From contig QPMI01000694.1 of NCBI GenBank assembly GCA_004431415.1, positions 1-51,103 on the forward strand: a stretch of 51,103 nt of DNA. The letters run 5' to 3'. The notes beneath the pieces were generated by a model. That model was given only the letters and a program-made list of their open reading frames with translations. It did not search any database and was not told where the DNA came from. Numbering within the stretch: the stretch's first letter is position 1; each line of letters starts with the position of its first letter. This stretch comes from Cyanophora paradoxa CCMP329 (lineage: Eukaryota > Plantae > Glaucophyta). A program made the position numbers and the translations under genes. Positions 47,087-51,103 of this stretch are shown here, piece after piece.

Positions 47087-49401
47087 TCAGTCGGGCGAGG
47101 GTTCGGGGCGGCGCGTTAGCGATGGGCCGGTCGGGCGCGGAGACGGCGCGTCAGCAACGGAGCCAGTCGGGCGCGAAGGCAGCGCGTCAGTGACGGGGCC
47201 AGCCGGGCGCGAAGACGGCGCGTCAACAACGGGGCCAGTCGGGCGCGAAGACGGCGCGTCAACAACGGGGCCAGTCGGGCGCTGCATCGGGGCGGGATTG
47301 CCGAGGAGGGTGGCGTTAGATCCCGTCCCGCCTTGGCCGCCGCCTCCACCGCCGCTCTGGTAGCCGCCCCTGCCACCGCCGCGATGGCCACCACGGTGCC
47401 CGCCGCCTCCTGCGCCGCCAGCACCACCATCGGGGCCACGCTTCGGGGACGGACCGTGTGGGGGACCGCCGTCGTGCTGGCGCTTGCCACTGGGGCAGCG
47501 GTTCTGCGTGTGACCCTCCCTCCGCAGTTGTAGCAGCGCACCGGCTTCGTGCACGCCGACGCGTGGTGGCCGTGCTCGCCGCAGTTCCTGCAAGGGGCGG
47601 TTTGTAGCTGCGCCGGAGCGACGGGTACAGAGTTCGACGGCGGGGGACCGCGTTGTAGGACGGTGCCTGCGGGCCGCCAGGGATGAGGCCGCAGAGGCGG
47701 GCCGCAGCCAGGACCTCGGGTCTTGGCAGCCTTGGTTGACGAATTTGAGTAGTTCCCGACGGTACGGGTGAGAGCAACACTCGTGGTAGTCGTCAGAGTA
47801 GTGATGGATGTCCGCGGCTCCCAACGACCGACAACGTGTGCAAATGTGATCGTTGGTGCCGGGCCTCACCCTCGGGCGCGCGTCGCGCGGGTAGCCCTGG
47901 CTCGTACGGATCGCCGTGACCGTCTGCGTACGGGCGTAATCGTAGGGGCGGCCGATGGGCGGGCGATTGCCGTAGTCCTTCCCGGGCACCGGTGCGTGCC
48001 AGTCGCAGCAGCCGGGGACGGGCTTGTGGCCCGGCGCCGGCTGCTGGGGCGCGGGAGGGCGGATTGGTAGATCGGATTGGTTGTCGGCGGGGTCGACGGC
48101 GTCGTGTGGACGAGATTGACCGAAGAGCCGAGTAACTGCGAGTGCGGGGCCGAGGGCGCAGGGGACGACGAAGGCGGTGGGGTGTACGGAGTGCCGCTGT
48201 ACGGCGCCGTGTACCCGTCGTCGCCATCGTTGTCGTAATCGTACCCGTCGACGTTCGCCGCGTTGATGCTGGCGCCCTTCTTCGAATTCCCAGTAGGAAT
48301 CGAGGGCTCCCCAGCAGTCGTCGTCACAATCAGAAAGCCCGCCTCCCGAATGAGCGACTGCGCACGAGTGCAGAAGAGGTTAAACCAGGTCTCCTTGTCC
48401 TTGGGAGTCATCCCATCGGTCGGCGACAGGTCCTGCGCCATCGTCTTCAGCTTCGGCAGTAGATTCAGCGCCAGGTCGTAATTGGCCTTGCGCTGCTGCT
48501 CGTACGGGAGGCCGGAGTACAGGCCGTGGTGTAGCGTCTTGCGCTCCGTGATCTGCTGCTCGAGCGTGTCATAGACGTCCAGCGCCTGCACAGTGTAGCC
48601 CGTCTTGTCACGCGGCAGGTCAGTGAACGCGATGAGGTCACAGATGTTGGCGAAAATACGGTCCAGTTGAGTGCCATCGTACGCCGCGATGAGCTCCTCC
48701 TTGAGACGCTTGCGCTCAGCGGGGTCAATCATGCGAACGAGGCTCTTAATGTACGAGGGGACGCCGCGAATAATGTCCGAGGGCATCTCAGCCCGGAGTT
48801 TGTCGACGACGGCCTGTCGCGTCTGGACGGCCTTCTGCGCCGCCTCCTTGGCCGCCTCCTCCGTAGCCGTCGCGAGTGTCGCCTTCGCCTTCGTGAGCTC
48901 GCTCTCTGCGTCGACGAGGTTTTCGACGAGAGACCGGTGCAACTCGACCGTCGAACGGTAGACTTCCGTTAGTCCCGCCGGCAGCGAACGGACACCGAAA
49001 TCGACGGCGTGGTACGCCGCCTGCGAACCGTCGTCCAGCAGGGAGTACTTCTTGTCTCCGCGAGTAGCCGAACGGATGGCGTTGTGATGTTGGAAGACGC
49101 CGTTGGGCGAGACGGGAATCCCGGTGGTGTGGCCCATCTTGCCGTCCTCCATCTTGATCGCCTGCGGCGGCTCCGCGCCCATGACCCGCCGGCGCGCGAT
49201 CTCCTCGGCGTGCGCCGCTGCGACTCGGGCCGTGCGGTTGAGCATTGTCAGTTGGCCGGGGGAAGGTCGGGCCATCTCGCCGGAAGTCATGCCTTCGCGC
49301 TCCATCACGCGGTCGTTCGACGTAGACGTTGCCGTCGGGCCGCGACCGCAGTACGGTACGCGAGCTGGCCCGTGACCGTCGTTCGAGTCGGACAGCCGCA
49401 A
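47087..49401 (-). CDS. Gag-like protein with two CCHC zinc knuckles and G-rich tail, frameshifted
   Basis: CRNCGEHGHHASAC and CYNCGG(E)GHTQNRC at ~47495-47592; helical/coiled-coil N-terminal half; RGG-rich stretch. Start uncertain. Confidence 0.8.
47120..47282 (-). repeat. 36-bp coding tandem repeat (RPTGPVVDAPSS), ~4-5 units
   Basis: gactggccccgttgttgacgcgccgtcttcgcgccc and variants. Confidence 0.85.
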
Positions 49402-50013
49402 CCGATCCCCGATGCGCGCGCGGCACGAACGATGAGCCAGGGAGCTAGCCGATGCCGCGGTACGGCGGGCTGCTCCCCAACTGCGCGAGTGAGCGGCGGA
49501 GGCGCGTCCGAAGCTTCGAGAAGGGAAGCGTCGGCGGCGAGGCGAGTCAGCGGAGTGCGTCCGCCAGTAGCGGTGCTCTCCGAAAGCGTCAAGCGTTCGC
49601 CTCCTCGTAGTCCAGCGGGTTCACGCTCGCGGCCAACGGACGTGCGCAGCAAGTCCGTCAGCTGGCGTGCGCTTGTCCCGGCGAGGATGTTTTAGGAGGT
49701 TTTATACGTCCCAGTAGACCTTAGCAACCTTCCCGTAGCGTACCAGCAGCAGGCGAGCAGGCTGTCACGTTGCAAGAGAAAGCTGCTAATCACAGACTAC
49801 TGTGTACCCTAGGACACGGCTACCGGAAAGTATCAAGCTAGAGTCAGAAAAAGTAGCTAGGGTCGCATCTTCGTACAGGGGTACAGTGACTCAGGAAATC
49901 GCGAGAAACCGCGGGTCAAGTCACGGTACTACTGCGAACGAAGTGCGAACGAAGCACTAACGGCTAGGAAACCCTATCGGCAACACTAGATCAGTGGCAT
50001 CTAGATCTTTACA

Positions 50014-51103
50014 TTGATCATGATGCATGCATTATTCATCATGGCATCATTGCATGCATAAAATATTGTTGCGTGTTACATGCATGAAATGAAATGATCA
50101 ATGATTGACTTGTTCATGATCAATTCTTCTACAACCTTGCCAGGTTGTTTTTGCCAAGTTGTCAATTGAAGTGTTCAATTCTTAAGCTTCTTGCAATTGT
50201 TCATGATCAGTGCCGCAATGTGTTGCCAGGCTAGATAGCTGGCAAGGTGGTGTATTGGGGGTACAGGCAGACTGAGGTACAGGGGTACAAAGCTACAGGG
50301 ACTTCGACAGTATATCACTGCTGCAATACATGTTAACGTTCAAGCTTCTTGCCCACTTTCCTGCTAAGGATTGCCCTTGCTTTGCCAGCCATGGCCAGTA
50401 TTTAACACCAAAACTCGATGTTCGATGACAGATCTAGAACATAAATGATCAAAACTTTGAAATACGTATACATTGCATGTGCTTCTTTTGTATTGTTTTG
50501 TGATCACTTCATTGTTTCTGGATCTGTTCTGAAATGCTCTCTTCTTCAGTGCTTCAGCTTCATTTTCGTTCTTTGTAATACGATTGATCATGAACCACAA
50601 GAGATTCATGTGTGCAATTTCAAACTTCTTGCAATTGTTCAGTGCTTTAGCTCTTCTTCTCATCTTCCTGGCTAAAGCTATAGCTATAGCTAAGAATATC
50701 AAATCGCCCTTTAATTTCTTTGCCAGCCAAGAATTAAACACCAATTGCAAAGCACTGTGTTTCATGACAAACCATAAATGATGAAGCCTCGCTTTAGACT
50801 ACATTGCATCTCGTGCATTGTTTCCAGATTACATGATCAGTGTTTAATTTCTACATCTTCCATGCACTCACATCTGTGTTCTTTATGTTCAGTGCTTCAG
50901 CTTCTTCTGTTCTGTCTTTACAACTTTAGTACTTCATTCTCATTCTTTGTTCAATTAATAAGTAGTAGTAGTAGAAGTAGTACGTAGAAGAAGAAGAATA
51001 GACCACAAGAAATCAAAGACTCCTAAATAACACTGGGGGGGTGCGGGGGGGCGGAGCCCCCCTGCTTGTGTGGCATGCGCATGTACATGTCATGTGCCAC
51101 GTA
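50014..51103. other. AT-richer, TG/CA-rich flanking DNA (host or decayed repeat)
   Basis: Abrupt composition change; many tgca/catg and few CpG; no convincing gene. Confidence 0.5.

Larger units (their letters stand above)
27363..50013 (-). mobile_element. Outer large gag-bearing element (probable retroelement); 3' part lies beyond the left window edge
   Basis: gag-like ORF followed by a giant ORF2. Composition changes sharply at ~50013, where the minus strand begins TGTAAAG. Class not determinable here. Confidence 0.55.

Noticed and set aside
50364-50765. 133-aa ORF as a host gene
   Set aside because: No recognisable motif, and it lies in decayed-looking sequence.

Overview
Eukaryotic, almost entirely mobile DNA, arranged as three nested layers. 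(1) The outer layer is a minus-strand element with a gag-like ORF carrying two CCHC knuckles (~49401-47087). It is followed by a very long ORF2 (~3,000 aa visible after removing insertions) in which I cannot recognise RT, integrase or protease. (2) Two near-identical GC-rich DIRS-order tyrosine-recombinase retrotransposons with split direct repeats (PAT/Ngaro-type, A1-ORF1-RT/RH-YR-B1-A2-B2) are inserted into ORF2 in opposite orientations. One is complete (35047-45554, minus) and one is 5'-truncated by the window edge (1-21213, plus). (3) An 11.2-kb Polinton-like viral element (8298-19527) with ~270-300 bp TIRs and a 6-bp TSD (GCTGGG) is inserted into the YR gene of the plus copy. It encodes pPolB, rve integrase, HNH-AP2, an A32-like ATPase, and major and minor capsid proteins, but no visible maturation protease. 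A ~6.1-kb tandem duplication (20486-26623 / 26624-32800) and many single-base deletions suggest long-read consensus errors, so most frameshifts are probably artefacts. The last ~1.1 kb is AT-richer, TG/CA-rich flanking DNA. All calls come from reading motifs by eye; no searches were run.
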